From a virus: 64,000 bases of DNA. The notes beneath the pieces are model-generated. The model was not told the DNA's origin and searched no databases. It was given only the letters and a program-made list of their open reading frames with translations. The stretch lies in the IMG/VR virus record IMGVR_UViG_3300035180_002574, positions 1 through 64,000 of that record. One strand, 5' to 3'. Positions 17,826 to 27,443 of the stretch are shown here, one piece after another. How positions within the stretch are numbered: position 1 is the first letter of the stretch; each line of letters starts with the position of its first letter. The translations under genes and the position numbers were made by a program.

Positions 17826-18250
17826 GAGAATACGCTATACATCTTAAGTTTTTTAACTATAATATCCATATTATGGTTGAATAAGAACCAATCTTCGAGT
17901 TCGGAAATCATTTTAGTATTGACGTTGCTGGAAAAATTATTCCATTCTACTTTAAATGATTTAAGAACAGTAGATCCGTTAAAACACCACATATGAATAC
18001 ATAGGTCCTTATATGTAGCTACCACTGCATCTACTACCCATTCTTTAATATCTTCTCTATTCCAACTATAAACCAATTGAAAATCAGATCCGTTAAATTG
18101 GTGATGGCAGATAGACAGAGATTTATATATGAAAGTTATTTTATTGGAATTATTTATTGTTGTTGTTTTATTAACCTCAAGATTTTCCATTGCGGAATTA
18201 CACATAAAACAAACGGCATTAGGTAAATTGTCGGTATAATTTTCTGTCAT
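17822..18250 (-). CDS. CxxC family protein, tail KKLKMYSVFS
   Basis: CFMC; C-terminal motif. Confidence 0.75.
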   Translation of the reverse strand: MTENYTDNLPNAVCFMCNSAMENLEVNKTTTINNSNKITFIYKSLSICHHQFNGSDFQLVYSWNREDIKEWVVDAVVATYKDLCIHMWCFNGSTVLKSFKVEWNNFSSNVNTKMISELEDWFLFNHNMDIIVKKLKMYSVFS

Positions 18251-18675
18251 TTCAATATGGAGTAGGTAAGGATCTTTTGATTAATTTTTTGGAGATTTGA
18301 TTGTAGAATCCAATATGGAGGTAATTCCATAACGGTTAGTAGATCGGCATTTTTTCTACGTTCATACATAATTGAGGCGCCATCCACCAGAATGTTACTA
18401 GCTCGTGGAGCTTGAATGATTGAATAGATGATAAAGTTTTTGTAATTAAGAATTATAGATGACATAATCCAAACGCCATCTTCTTTAATCCAAGAATAAA
18501 TGATTTCATTTTCCGGAACATGTCGAAAACATCTAATTCTTATACTTTCTCGACCTAATGATCCTGGTGATTCTTTTATTTGCCAGGCTCCAGAATGGTT
18601 CTGAATATCTTTTTGGCAGAACCAGCATAGAGTTACTTTAGGAAAATCTTTTGGTAGATTGAGGTTCATTGACAT
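18247..18675 (-). CDS. CxxC family protein, tail QKILTYSILK
   Basis: CWFC; start reassigned to ATG 18675. Confidence 0.7.
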   Translation of the reverse strand: MSMNLNLPKDFPKVTLCWFCQKDIQNHSGAWQIKESPGSLGRESIRIRCFRHVPENEIIYSWIKEDGVWIMSSIILNYKNFIIYSIIQAPRASNILVDGASIMYERRKNADLLTVMELPPYWILQSNLQKINQKILTYSILK

Positions 18676-18791
18676 CTGCTTCGGACGTAGATATAGCACG
18701 TCTGGGATTATTAATGTATAATCTTTAAGACCTCGATGCACTGCCACGGGGTCTTCTGTGGCTTCATTTGGGGTCTAGCGGGAGCTTAGAC

Positions 18792-19289
18792 ATGAAGCAT
18801 TCTCTACTTTTTGCATCAATAATAGCCATGGCGCTGATGACGTTCAGTTTTACCATAGGCTGTGCAACACATAAACCAGTGGCACCATGGTTATACACGC
18901 ACGTAAGTCCACCATTGCACATAAACAATTTGCAAACCATTCCGGTTTGGGTTAATGGTAGTTTTAAAGCAGAACAAATTAAGTCAATTAAAGCAGCCAT
19001 CAATGAATTAACCTTCGTTCGTCGTTTTAGCGATCATCTAATGGTAGTTGTAGGCGATAGATTAGGAGACCGCAACATTAAAACAATCATTATGCATGAA
19101 TTTGGTCACATTTTTGGCTGCTTTGACTGCTATCACATAAATATAAAAAACAGTTTAATGGTTCCAATTTATGGTAAAGATCAAGCCGATTGCATTGATA
19201 AAATATCAGTCGCCCAAGTAGCCAGCTATATGGGATTAGATGTTAATATACTTAATTATTGTGTAACCCCTAATTTCAGTAAATTATGA
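18792..19289 (+). CDS. Matrixin/metzincin-like putative lipoprotein (internally shortened)
   Basis: Signal peptide ending IGC; HEFGHIFG...H and a Met-turn LMVP. Confidence 0.75.
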   Translation: MKHSLLFASIIAMALMTFSFTIGCATHKPVAPWLYTHVSPPLHINNLQTIPVWVNGSFKAEQIKSIKAAINELTFVRRFSDHLMVVVGDRLGDRNIKTIIMHEFGHIFGCFDCYHINIKNSLMVPIYGKDQADCIDKISVAQVASYMGLDVNILNYCVTPNFSKL

Positions 19290-19903
19290 AAATAATACTT
19301 AGAATTTTTTTCTGGGTTATGTTTATAACATTAATGGGCTGCCATATCGACAAAGATTTTATCGGTCCAGCATATGTGATTCACGAGACTCATCCTACGC
19401 CGCTTTACGTGATACCAGTTTACATAGATGATAATTTCACAATAAAAGACAAAGAAGCCATTAAGGTTGCTGTTAAAAATTGGAACGAATCTCTTTGTGG
19501 GTATTTGGTATTAAAAATATCTTCCACTGAATTTAAGCTTGATCGGCGAACTATCAATCTTGCTGAAGGTGGCAAGGTTTATCTAATTCTTAAAACCTAT
19601 AGTTCCAATCCAATTATAAGTTCTAGAGACCACGCAAACTATATTGCCCTAGGTTTGGCTAATAAAGTGGGCGGAAATTGGTTATGGATAGTAAGAGATA
19701 GATTGGATGATAGCGATATCATCAATATTACCATGCATGAATTGGGACATTTATTGGGAGCAGAACATACACCCAGATACCTTATGAGCCCTAATTATTC
19801 TAAAATCGAATATCAATGCATTGATAAGTCCGCAATACAACAAGTTGCTGACAAATGGAGCCTACCCATGTCTAAATTGAGTTATTGCGTGTACAATGAT
19901 TAA
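19286..19903 (+). CDS. Matrixin/metzincin zinc metalloprotease, putative lipoprotein
   Basis: LMGC lipobox-like; HELGHLLGAEH and LMSP Met-turn. Confidence 0.85.
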   Translation: MKIILRIFFWVMFITLMGCHIDKDFIGPAYVIHETHPTPLYVIPVYIDDNFTIKDKEAIKVAVKNWNESLCGYLVLKISSTEFKLDRRTINLAEGGKVYLILKTYSSNPIISSRDHANYIALGLANKVGGNWLWIVRDRLDDSDIINITMHELGHLLGAEHTPRYLMSPNYSKIEYQCIDKSAIQQVADKWSLPMSKLSYCVYND

Positions 19904-20274
19904 GAAAAAACAAGTATCGTCTTAATCTTCGCATTGAAATTTTTTGGAGTTAGATTAGGCATCTCTTCCAAAGAGAACTTCCTAATTACTTTGGAGGGAC
20001 CTTTGTAATTATCAATATTAAATTGATCATCTTGAATTACATAAAATGTAATAGATTGTGGAGAAACGAAAGCTTCGCCAATTCTATTATCACTTATTCT
20101 GGTATACATTATCCAAGAATACCTAAACCCATTGACGTAATTATACCTAACTTGACATGAATCACATATCCACCAATCCAGTACAAACCAGAAATGTGTA
20201 GATTTTCTTAATTGAAGGTTGCAAAATTTGCAAATGTGATGTTCTTCTTCAGGAAAAGACGACATAGAGGTCAA
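19900..20274 (-). CDS. CxxC family protein, tail AKIKTILVFS
   Basis: CKFC and CDSC. Confidence 0.75.
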   Translation of the reverse strand: MTSMSSFPEEEHHICKFCNLQLRKSTHFWFVLDWWICDSCQVRYNYVNGFRYSWIMYTRISDNRIGEAFVSPQSITFYVIQDDQFNIDNYKGPSKVIRKFSLEEMPNLTPKNFNAKIKTILVFS

Positions 20275-20605
20275 CTTTTTTCTTCAACTTTTCTAGAGTC
20301 GGTAAATCTGGCTCTAATATTTTATTAAGTGTTAATGTCCTCTCGATCCCTTCCTTAAAACATCGAATATCTGTGGTGCCAGTAACATAATTGATCTCCA
20401 CAAATTTAGTATATTTTGGATTCAAAGATACTTTAAATATCTTCACAGAATTATCTTTGGGATCAGAAAAAATTTGTAAAGTATGATTGGTGCCGGTGCA
20501 AAGTCTTGTTGTGAGAGAGGATATTTTGTTAGGAAATTTCACACTTACATCGTGTTTATTTCTCATTTTGCACCCACAAACTGGGCAATTTTTGAAGTCA
20601 TCCAT
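20249..20605 (-). CDS. CxxC family protein, tail KKVDLYVVFS
   Basis: CPVC; C...H; PD motif before the tail helix. Confidence 0.8.
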   Translation of the reverse strand: MDDFKNCPVCGCKMRNKHDVSVKFPNKISSLTTRLCTGTNHTLQIFSDPKDNSVKIFKVSLNPKYTKFVEINYVTGTTDIRCFKEGIERTLTLNKILEPDLPTLEKLKKKVDLYVVFS

Positions 20606-20633
20606 ACACAGGTATATAACCTGCCGAAATGAC

Positions 20634-21008
20634 TCACGAAAAGGTAATATAAGTCTTTATCTTATTCGCAAGTTTTTGATAACCTAGAGAAAAATCGGGC
20701 TCGAAAAATGGAAGTTGGACTATACTTTTTTTGTCTACAAATTCAATACGAAATGAGTTTTCGTAAAAATTCCAAATTGCCCACATTTTTTTCAGAGGGT
20801 CCACTAATAATTTAATTGTGCCGATGGAATCTAAATTAATGATGTTGGATACAATAATTACGCAATGATACACAGACGTACATGATCTACTCTCCGCAGT
20901 TACAGAAACACTTGTAAGAGAGCTATTATTGCCAATAGTTCCATAAATGGGTATTTCGCTATATGGCATTGACTTATTACAAAATGGACACTTGTTTATC
21001 ATCTTCAT
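20634..21008 (-). CDS. CxxC family protein, tail NKIKTYITFS
   Basis: CPFC; C...H. Confidence 0.8.
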   Translation of the reverse strand: MKMINKCPFCNKSMPYSEIPIYGTIGNNSSLTSVSVTAESRSCTSVYHCVIIVSNIINLDSIGTIKLLVDPLKKMWAIWNFYENSFRIEFVDKKSIVQLPFFEPDFSLGYQKLANKIKTYITFS

Positions 21009-21370
21009 GAGAATGTTAAATACATTTTAATTTTGTTTGTCAATTTCTCTAAGTTGGAGACATCTGGATTCCAAGTCTTTTCAATCTTGATTCTTTTATT
21101 AAGATCTTTGCCAGATGTCGTGCCAACACTGGACCAAATTTCAGAATATCCTTCATCAAAATTAATCTTAAGAAGATAATGCTTGTCTTGCATTTTCCCT
21201 AATCTAATTCTGATTTTGGTTCTCTCTATGTTTTTAGAGAAAGCGTTTTCTACAAAGCGCATGAGATACGCATGATCATCGCTTAAACACGAATAATCAA
21301 GATACTTGATCTTGTAATCTGTATCCATTTGACGCGAACAAATAGGGCAATTTTTCGTCTCAATTTCCAT
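21005..21370 (-). CDS. CxxC family protein, tail NKIKMYLTFS
   Basis: CPIC; C...H. Confidence 0.8.
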   Translation of the reverse strand: MEIETKNCPICSRQMDTDYKIKYLDYSCLSDDHAYLMRFVENAFSKNIERTKIRIRLGKMQDKHYLLKINFDEGYSEIWSSVGTTSGKDLNKRIKIEKTWNPDVSNLEKLTNKIKMYLTFS

Positions 21371-21407
21371 ATTTTTTACTCATAAACTGATATATAATAA
21401 GAATAAA

Positions 21408-21839
21408 ATGAGCGTTAGTAAAGTTAAACACCAACACAAAATTATACTAGATTTTAGTGATCAAAAATTGACGAAATGCAATATTAAAAGATCTCTGAGA
21501 GATTTAAATATTGAACCCTTATTTAAGGATGTTTCCAACCATCTAATCGGGGATCAATTCATATGTATTGATAATGAAATACAGGTGGGCATGTATAGGA
21601 TAAGTCTCTTATTGCCTCCCGCAATATCTCGTTTCACAAGCCATAAGTTAAAAGAGTTTGGAGATTTCAAAATCAAAATCTTTGAAACCGGAAACAAAAG
21701 CGCCCGTGAAATTAATCTGCGCCAAGACGGTAGGTTCAAAGAACAACACTGGGTACAGAAAAATAACTACGCGTTAAAAGATCTAGAAGAGATTATCTAC
21801 CACTGTAAAAGATTAAATTATCTGAAAGCATTTATTTAA
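21408..21839 (+). CDS. Hypothetical protein, paralogue of 25419-25949 (D.RFK...W motif; tail LKAFI)
   Basis: INLRQDGRFKEQHW versus IDIMKDSRFKNRAW. Confidence 0.7.
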   Translation: MSVSKVKHQHKIILDFSDQKLTKCNIKRSLRDLNIEPLFKDVSNHLIGDQFICIDNEIQVGMYRISLLLPPAISRFTSHKLKEFGDFKIKIFETGNKSAREINLRQDGRFKEQHWVQKNNYALKDLEEIIYHCKRLNYLKAFI

Positions 21840-22426
21840 GAGAATAAAACGTACATTTTAAGTTTCTCTAGTAGTTTCTTTTTGCTTCTATATTTTCTCA
21901 TCGGAATATATGGAAGGCGTACCGTTGAAGGGGCAATAATTCTTGATGAATCTATTCTCCTAACAACAAGCTCACTTTTATTTAAAGTGGCAAAAGAGTG
22001 CAAAGAATATACATTATATTCGTCATTTATAATGACGAACTCCAACAATATCTCAGTTGGAAATATAAATCCATATTCCAAATTGAACTTTAATGGAATG
22101 CTTCGCACGCGCGTGTGGCATTTGTTGCAGTAATAGTCTAAGAACAATTTATGATCGGCGAGGTACTTTGTCAAGCCTGCAGTATTTGTAATATTGAATT
22201 TATTGGTTTTGCAGTCAATTTTTAATTTTACTGACCCCACATAACGAATCGCGACATCCACCTCTAAGTTAGTGCCACTAATATTAGGTGTAAGATAAGT
22301 CTCATCGCCGATGAGATGGTCACTACTTGAATTTATTTTTGAACATAATCTGAATAGAGCCGGTCTTCCACAACTAAAACAAGGACTATCATATAGAATA
22401 AAGTCTTTGATCGTAAACTTTTTCAT
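21836..22426 (-). CDS. Long-type CxxC family protein, tail EKLKMYVLFS
   Basis: CFSC and CNKC. Confidence 0.8.
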   Translation of the reverse strand: MKKFTIKDFILYDSPCFSCGRPALFRLCSKINSSSDHLIGDETYLTPNISGTNLEVDVAIRYVGSVKLKIDCKTNKFNITNTAGLTKYLADHKLFLDYYCNKCHTRVRSIPLKFNLEYGFIFPTEILLEFVIINDEYNVYSLHSFATLNKSELVVRRIDSSRIIAPSTVRLPYIPMRKYRSKKKLLEKLKMYVLFS

Positions 22427-22431
22427 AAGTG

Positions 22432-23532
22432 TTATGCAAGTTTATCGGTTCCAGTTTTCAAATATGAAAGAAGAAAAGATTGTATGTTTCCGTCTAATAC
22501 CGAATCAGAATCTCGTGATTCCCAATCCGTCCTATGATCTTTAACCAGCTTATACGGCATCAATGTATATGTTCTAATATGATTTCCAAAAGAAATATCA
22601 GACATACTATCTATATATTTGTCTTTTTCTGTCTGTCTTTTTTTCATCTCTAATTCATAGAGTTTAGATTTTAGCATTTTAATAGCCATTTTTCTATTAA
22701 CATGCTGGTCTCTTTCGGATCTAGAATTAATTACAATTCCTGTGGGAATATGTTTCAACCTAACTGCGGACTCAACCTTATTAACATTTTGCCCGCCGGC
22801 GCCAGAAGCACGCATGGTTGAGATTTCTAAATCTTTTTCATTAATTTGAATATCGATGGTATCTTCAATATCTGGGGTTACTGCCACAGCGGCGAATGAG
22901 GTATGTCTGGCATCACCGGCATTAAATGGAGAATTTCTAATTAGACGATGAACTCCTGCTTCGCCTTTTAAGAAACCATAAGCATATGGTCCCTCAATTC
23001 TAATTGATACGGAATCCGTACAAATAGCACTATGTTCTTCTGAAGGCTTGGTGTCTAATATCTCTATCTTAAAGTCATTTGAGCCTGCCCAACGACAATA
23101 CATACGCAGCAATATAGTTACCCAATTAGCAGCTTCTAATCCACCAGCCCCAGCATTAATTGATAAAATAGCTGGATTATCATCGTTCGGTCCAGACATC
23201 ATCTGTCTGAATTCAAAGTCGGATAGATCTTTATGAGCCTTTTCTACCAGGTGAGAGATGGCTGCAATCTCATCTGGAACTACTTCTAACCCTTCTTTAT
23301 AGAAAGATACTTCATCATCAAACGTTTGCAATTTATGCAAAAGAGTGGCTAATTTTTGTCGCTCCTTCATTAAGGCAGAAGCCTTTTGAGGATCCGACCA
23401 CGCATCAGGTTTACTGACAAGGTGATCTATTTCCTCTACTCGTAATTGATATGTTTTAACTGGAATCATCTTTTTGAGAGAAACTAATTTCTCTACACAG
23501 GATTCAATCAGTTGATGCAAATTTGTAGACAT
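22432..23532 (-). CDS. prfB: Peptide chain release factor 2
   Basis: GAGGQNVNK (GGQ), SPF discriminator (RNSPFN), GEAGVHRL; a single uninterrupted ORF. Confidence 0.95.
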   Translation of the reverse strand: MSTNLHQLIESCVEKLVSLKKMIPVKTYQLRVEEIDHLVSKPDAWSDPQKASALMKERQKLATLLHKLQTFDDEVSFYKEGLEVVPDEIAAISHLVEKAHKDLSDFEFRQMMSGPNDDNPAILSINAGAGGLEAANWVTILLRMYCRWAGSNDFKIEILDTKPSEEHSAICTDSVSIRIEGPYAYGFLKGEAGVHRLIRNSPFNAGDARHTSFAAVAVTPDIEDTIDIQINEKDLEISTMRASGAGGQNVNKVESAVRLKHIPTGIVINSRSERDQHVNRKMAIKMLKSKLYELEMKKRQTEKDKYIDSMSDISFGNHIRTYTLMPYKLVKDHRTDWESRDSDSVLDGNIQSFLLSYLKTGTDKLA

Positions 23533-23607
23533 GATGCACTTTTCCTCCTCGCACAACATAACAATTGCTAAAAATTTGTCAAGGCGCCGGCAAGGATATA
23601 AATTATT

Positions 23608-24192
23608 TTATGAAAATGTGATAATTGTTTGGATCTTTTTTAACAACTTTTCTTTTGGGACCGAATCAAAAGGAATAAGATCCAGTTCTATAGGAACAGC
23701 CTCTACATTTTCAGTAGAATAAATTTTTGTTTTATTTTCCGCCCAATCATTTTGAACCCATGATGAATTAACATTGAATGATTCCCAGGACAAATTAAAA
23801 GAGCCGATCTTACTATTAAAAATAGTAAGATTGCTAGATGTAAGATAATAATGACAGCAATCATCTCTGTCACAGGATAATTCCATATGTATAAAATTTC
23901 TCCGTAAAGTATTAAAAACTATTGACTCTATAACAAAATCATGAATGAATTCATCAGCACCTTCATATCTATGTTTTATTTCTCCGGTCGAACCATCGAT
24001 CGTACCCATTATATTAGGATATCCCGAGCGACCATTTTTTATCTTAAAAGAGATTTTTCCATTTTTGTATGGATTATAGATCTTTAATTTATCCGCAACT
24101 CCCTGGCAAAGCGTTGGGTATAAATCATTTTTACAAAATACACATTTCTTTTTATAGTCAACAAACTCTTGGATATTATTAAACTGGATCAT
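23608..24192 (-). CDS. Long-type CxxC family protein, tail KKIQTIITFS
   Basis: CVFC; CDRDDCC. Confidence 0.8.
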   Translation of the reverse strand: MIQFNNIQEFVDYKKKCVFCKNDLYPTLCQGVADKLKIYNPYKNGKISFKIKNGRSGYPNIMGTIDGSTGEIKHRYEGADEFIHDFVIESIVFNTLRRNFIHMELSCDRDDCCHYYLTSSNLTIFNSKIGSFNLSWESFNVNSSWVQNDWAENKTKIYSTENVEAVPIELDLIPFDSVPKEKLLKKIQTIITFS

Positions 24193-24728
24193 GAAAATAT
24201 TACCAATTTTCTTATCCTGGCTAACGTCTCATCAGGATTATTTAGATTTATATCTATCATGGGAAACTTAGTTGTCCTAGTTTTACCAGCGCTATCATAC
24301 GTAATGAACCAAGTTTCCTCTAGCTCATAGTAAGTTCTTACTTCTGATATTAGGTTATTTTCTTCGAACGTAACTGACATAAAATTAAGATCTACTCTGG
24401 TTATCTCTGGTTTTGTAGTATCAAATTGAACACTATAAACTGTAGAAAATTTAGAACACTCTTGACAGTCTACAAGCAATGTAGACCAAAAAATTCCATT
24501 AAAATTCAAAAATTTCTTTTGTGTTTTTTGGTTATCTTCTTTTATAAGAAGAACATTTCCAGTATCTATATGAACCACATACGCATCATTTGTTTTGTTA
24601 GATAGTGGAAATTTTATTCTACTTATATCTTCATGTTGATTTTTAGAATCTAAAAATAAACGCTCGTTACACACTGGACAATGTATGATAAAATTTAAAG
24701 CATGCTTCAAACTAGTAAAAGTTATCAT
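24189..24728 (-). CDS. Long-type CxxC family protein, tail ARIRKLVIFS
   Basis: CPVC and CQEC. Confidence 0.8.
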   Translation of the reverse strand: MITFTSLKHALNFIIHCPVCNERLFLDSKNQHEDISRIKFPLSNKTNDAYVVHIDTGNVLLIKEDNQKTQKKFLNFNGIFWSTLLVDCQECSKFSTVYSVQFDTTKPEITRVDLNFMSVTFEENNLISEVRTYYELEETWFITYDSAGKTRTTKFPMIDINLNNPDETLARIRKLVIFS

Positions 24729-25372
24729 GATTCGTAAAAATCTTCAAATACTTTCTTAGTTAATCCAGTGTCTATTAAAACAGGAACTCCATCTTTAAGC
24801 CCCCAAGATGATTCTTTTGCCAAATCTCCTGGCATTAACTTAAATTCATCACCTAACTCTTTGATTTCTTTATAAAAATCATTTTTACTTACCTCATCAA
24901 ATGATTCCGGCTTATCTTTATCTGTATTACCGCTAACATTTTTTAAACCGTATCTAATACATTCTCCGAAATCATCAAAATCTATACCCGTGGCTTTTTC
25001 AAATTGTTTAGCAGTTATTTTCTTTAGGAAATGAGTTTCAATCCAGGTAAAGTTGTCGGCATGTTTTATGATCTTATTAACATATTTTGACTTTAATTTA
25101 GGGTTTGCTTCTGCTTTATTTTGAGCAATGCCCTTATCATTTTTAGCCAATTTAACTACTGTTTTGTCGGGTGTCAAGTATACAATTCTTGAAGATCCAG
25201 AGGATAAATGCTTAAAATTGCGTTCCGCGTATTTTTTACGCGCATGATACGTTTCTAGTTTTTTGAGATTATCTAATACTGTCTTAACATCTTTAGAATC
25301 CTTGGGCAGCTCTTCAGCTTTTGCCAAGGATAAAAATATGCCAGCAAATCTCAATAGTTTATTAGTATTCAT
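24725..25372 (-). CDS. Protein-kinase-like (PKL fold) protein
   Basis: SSGSSRIVY Gly-loop, VVK lysine, E in helix C, GDL catalytic loop, LIDTG (DFG-like). Confidence 0.75.
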   Translation of the reverse strand: MNTNKLLRFAGIFLSLAKAEELPKDSKDVKTVLDNLKKLETYHARKKYAERNFKHLSSGSSRIVYLTPDKTVVKLAKNDKGIAQNKAEANPKLKSKYVNKIIKHADNFTWIETHFLKKITAKQFEKATGIDFDDFGECIRYGLKNVSGNTDKDKPESFDEVSKNDFYKEIKELGDEFKLMPGDLAKESSWGLKDGVPVLIDTGLTKKVFEDFYES

Positions 25373-25418
25373 ACGGTAAATACAAAGTTATTAATATTTG
25401 GTTATATTCATATATAAT

Positions 25419-25949
25419 ATGAACAGAATATCTGTTGAAGATTTTTTGAAACTAATTCAAGACTCTCAGGAAGAAGATTATACCACCGAGAGTGAAGAAG
25501 AAGTTTGGGCAAATGATCATTACTATCTTCCGGATAAGTACAAAAAACTAGAAAAATTCCTACATTTTAAACCGCCCAGCGAATCTATTATTGATCTTAC
25601 CAATTGTAAGAAGGACGACATTCAAGAGCTTTTATTTAAAAGTACGAAGTTTAAAATTGGTAAATTTACATTAACCATCAATAAATATTATGGAATCCCC
25701 GGAGATGCGGAATCTTCATTAGCACTAGACATTAGATTAATGGAACATAGGATCAAAACCCCAAATGGGAGTCCATGTAATATGGATTTTGATATCGACA
25801 TCATGAAAGATAGTAGGTTCAAAAATAGAGCCTGGCTTTCTTATTTTAATACCAAAGGCAGGAGTTATGGTATCGGAATACCCACTGATGTAGTAGTGGA
25901 TATTGTTAGATGGTTACAAGCCATTACCAAACTTTGTGCTTTTCTTTAA
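25419..25949 (+). CDS. Hypothetical protein, paralogue of 21408-21839 (tail LCAFL)
   Basis: Shared motif; ATG directly after CATATATAAT. Confidence 0.7.
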   Translation: MNRISVEDFLKLIQDSQEEDYTTESEEEVWANDHYYLPDKYKKLEKFLHFKPPSESIIDLTNCKKDDIQELLFKSTKFKIGKFTLTINKYYGIPGDAESSLALDIRLMEHRIKTPNGSPCNMDFDIDIMKDSRFKNRAWLSYFNTKGRSYGIGIPTDVVVDIVRWLQAITKLCAFL

Positions 25950-26590
25950 GAAAAAATGATTAATCGTTTAATTCTATTCGTCGTCTCTGACTCAGAAACG
26001 AAATCTATAAGCGGAACTTCTAAGAAGTTTGCATTATGAGCGATAGCGTCATGAACAGCATCTAACTGATGGTTAGATTTGAAATAGAATATGTGGCTTT
26101 TTTCTTTAGAAGGATTATTTATTAACCTATATATTTTATAGGTACCGTTTTCCATTTGAAGAAAAAGTCCAAAAAATTCTGAATGTATCCCAGGGATGTC
26201 GATTTTGCAAGCATTAAAATCAATATTTAATTGATTTGAATTGCAGGAATATCTTTGGCAATCATAATTATCGCAGAACATATAAAAAGAGAACGCGCCC
26301 AGGTTATCATAAAATTCTTTAAATCGATTAATAATCGATATGCTAACATAATCATGCAAATGAACATTTTTATTATAAAACTCTATACAAAAATTATTAG
26401 TTTCATGTTCTATTGAAAAACCTACAGCGTATTCTTTTTGTTTATTCTTTTTGAGAAGATCAAAAATAATTAGTCTGCTATTATTTTCTAACTTCCATCT
26501 TTGTTTTCTTTTGGAATGAAAAACACACCTAAGTGAAGACCCGCAAAAAGGACAATGGGAACGTCGGTTAAGAAAATCAGATAAATTCAT
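25946..26590 (-). CDS. Long-type CxxC family protein, tail NRIKRLIIFS
   Basis: CPFC; CDNYDC. Confidence 0.8.
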   Translation of the reverse strand: MNLSDFLNRRSHCPFCGSSLRCVFHSKRKQRWKLENNSRLIIFDLLKKNKQKEYAVGFSIEHETNNFCIEFYNKNVHLHDYVSISIINRFKEFYDNLGAFSFYMFCDNYDCQRYSCNSNQLNIDFNACKIDIPGIHSEFFGLFLQMENGTYKIYRLINNPSKEKSHIFYFKSNHQLDAVHDAIAHNANFLEVPLIDFVSESETTNRIKRLIIFS

Positions 26591-26635
26591 GTAGCCTCAT
26601 TCCCTACAACATAACACTTCGGCAAAACATTGCAA

Positions 26636-27247
26636 TCAGGAAAATAATACTAAAGTTTGGATCTTTTTTCTTATTTTTCAGGATCAGCCCTATATTTATA
26701 TAATTTGTTAATTGGTAATACCAAAAGTGGTTCATAGTTAGCATATCTGTATTGTAATTTTGACGCTTTAAGAGTGTCACTTATAAAAGTTTTAGATGGC
26801 AAAAACTCATTAATTACTTTAAAATATCCACCATTGATATCTTGTATATAATAACTTTCCTTAACGGGTCGATGACCAATAAAATTGAAAATACATCTTA
26901 TCTAATTCCAATTTTAAACTGTATTCACATTCATGTTCTCTTGAATATCTCTTGTAAAAATACTTTCAGATAATCAATCTCATCATCTTTTCCCTCCATG
27001 TCACAAGAGTCGTTAGTCATACTAACAACCACATTAAAATTAATAGTTCCATTATACAATCTAACTTTAAGCGGAAAAATTATCCTTTCACCATCATTGT
27101 TAAATGATTTACTTGGAGAGAAACTGGTCTCATAACCATTAATATATGCTGGGTCAGACATGTCATAATAAAGAGGTGTAAGTGGTTCTCCACATAAGCA
27201 AGTAGACTTATATTCGAATAACTCCCCAAATTAGTTATGGCTTCCAT
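26636..27247 (-). pseudogene. Decayed long-type family member, tail RKKIQTLVLFS
   Basis: MEAITNLGELFEYKSTCLCGEPL restored by +1 G; about four frame breaks; ORF-track pieces at 26931 and 27080. Confidence 0.7.
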
Positions 27248-27322
27248 GCACTGTATATAACCCACTCCCCCTATAATATCCCCCTCACGTTTGTCGAGAA
27301 AAGCTTGCAAAAGGTGGAAAAT

Positions 27323-27353
27323 AAAAAAAATGCCGGACTTTTCAATCCGGCAT
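27323..27353 (-). terminator. Intrinsic terminator
   Basis: Stem ATGCCGGA/TCCGGCAT followed by T8 on the minus strand. Confidence 0.8.
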
Positions 27354-27443
27354 TAAGCTAATTTGTGCGGCAATACTACCAACTTTCTAACCTGATAGGA
27401 GGACTTTCATAATGCCTCGCTGCATAAGGCACATATGTCAAGT

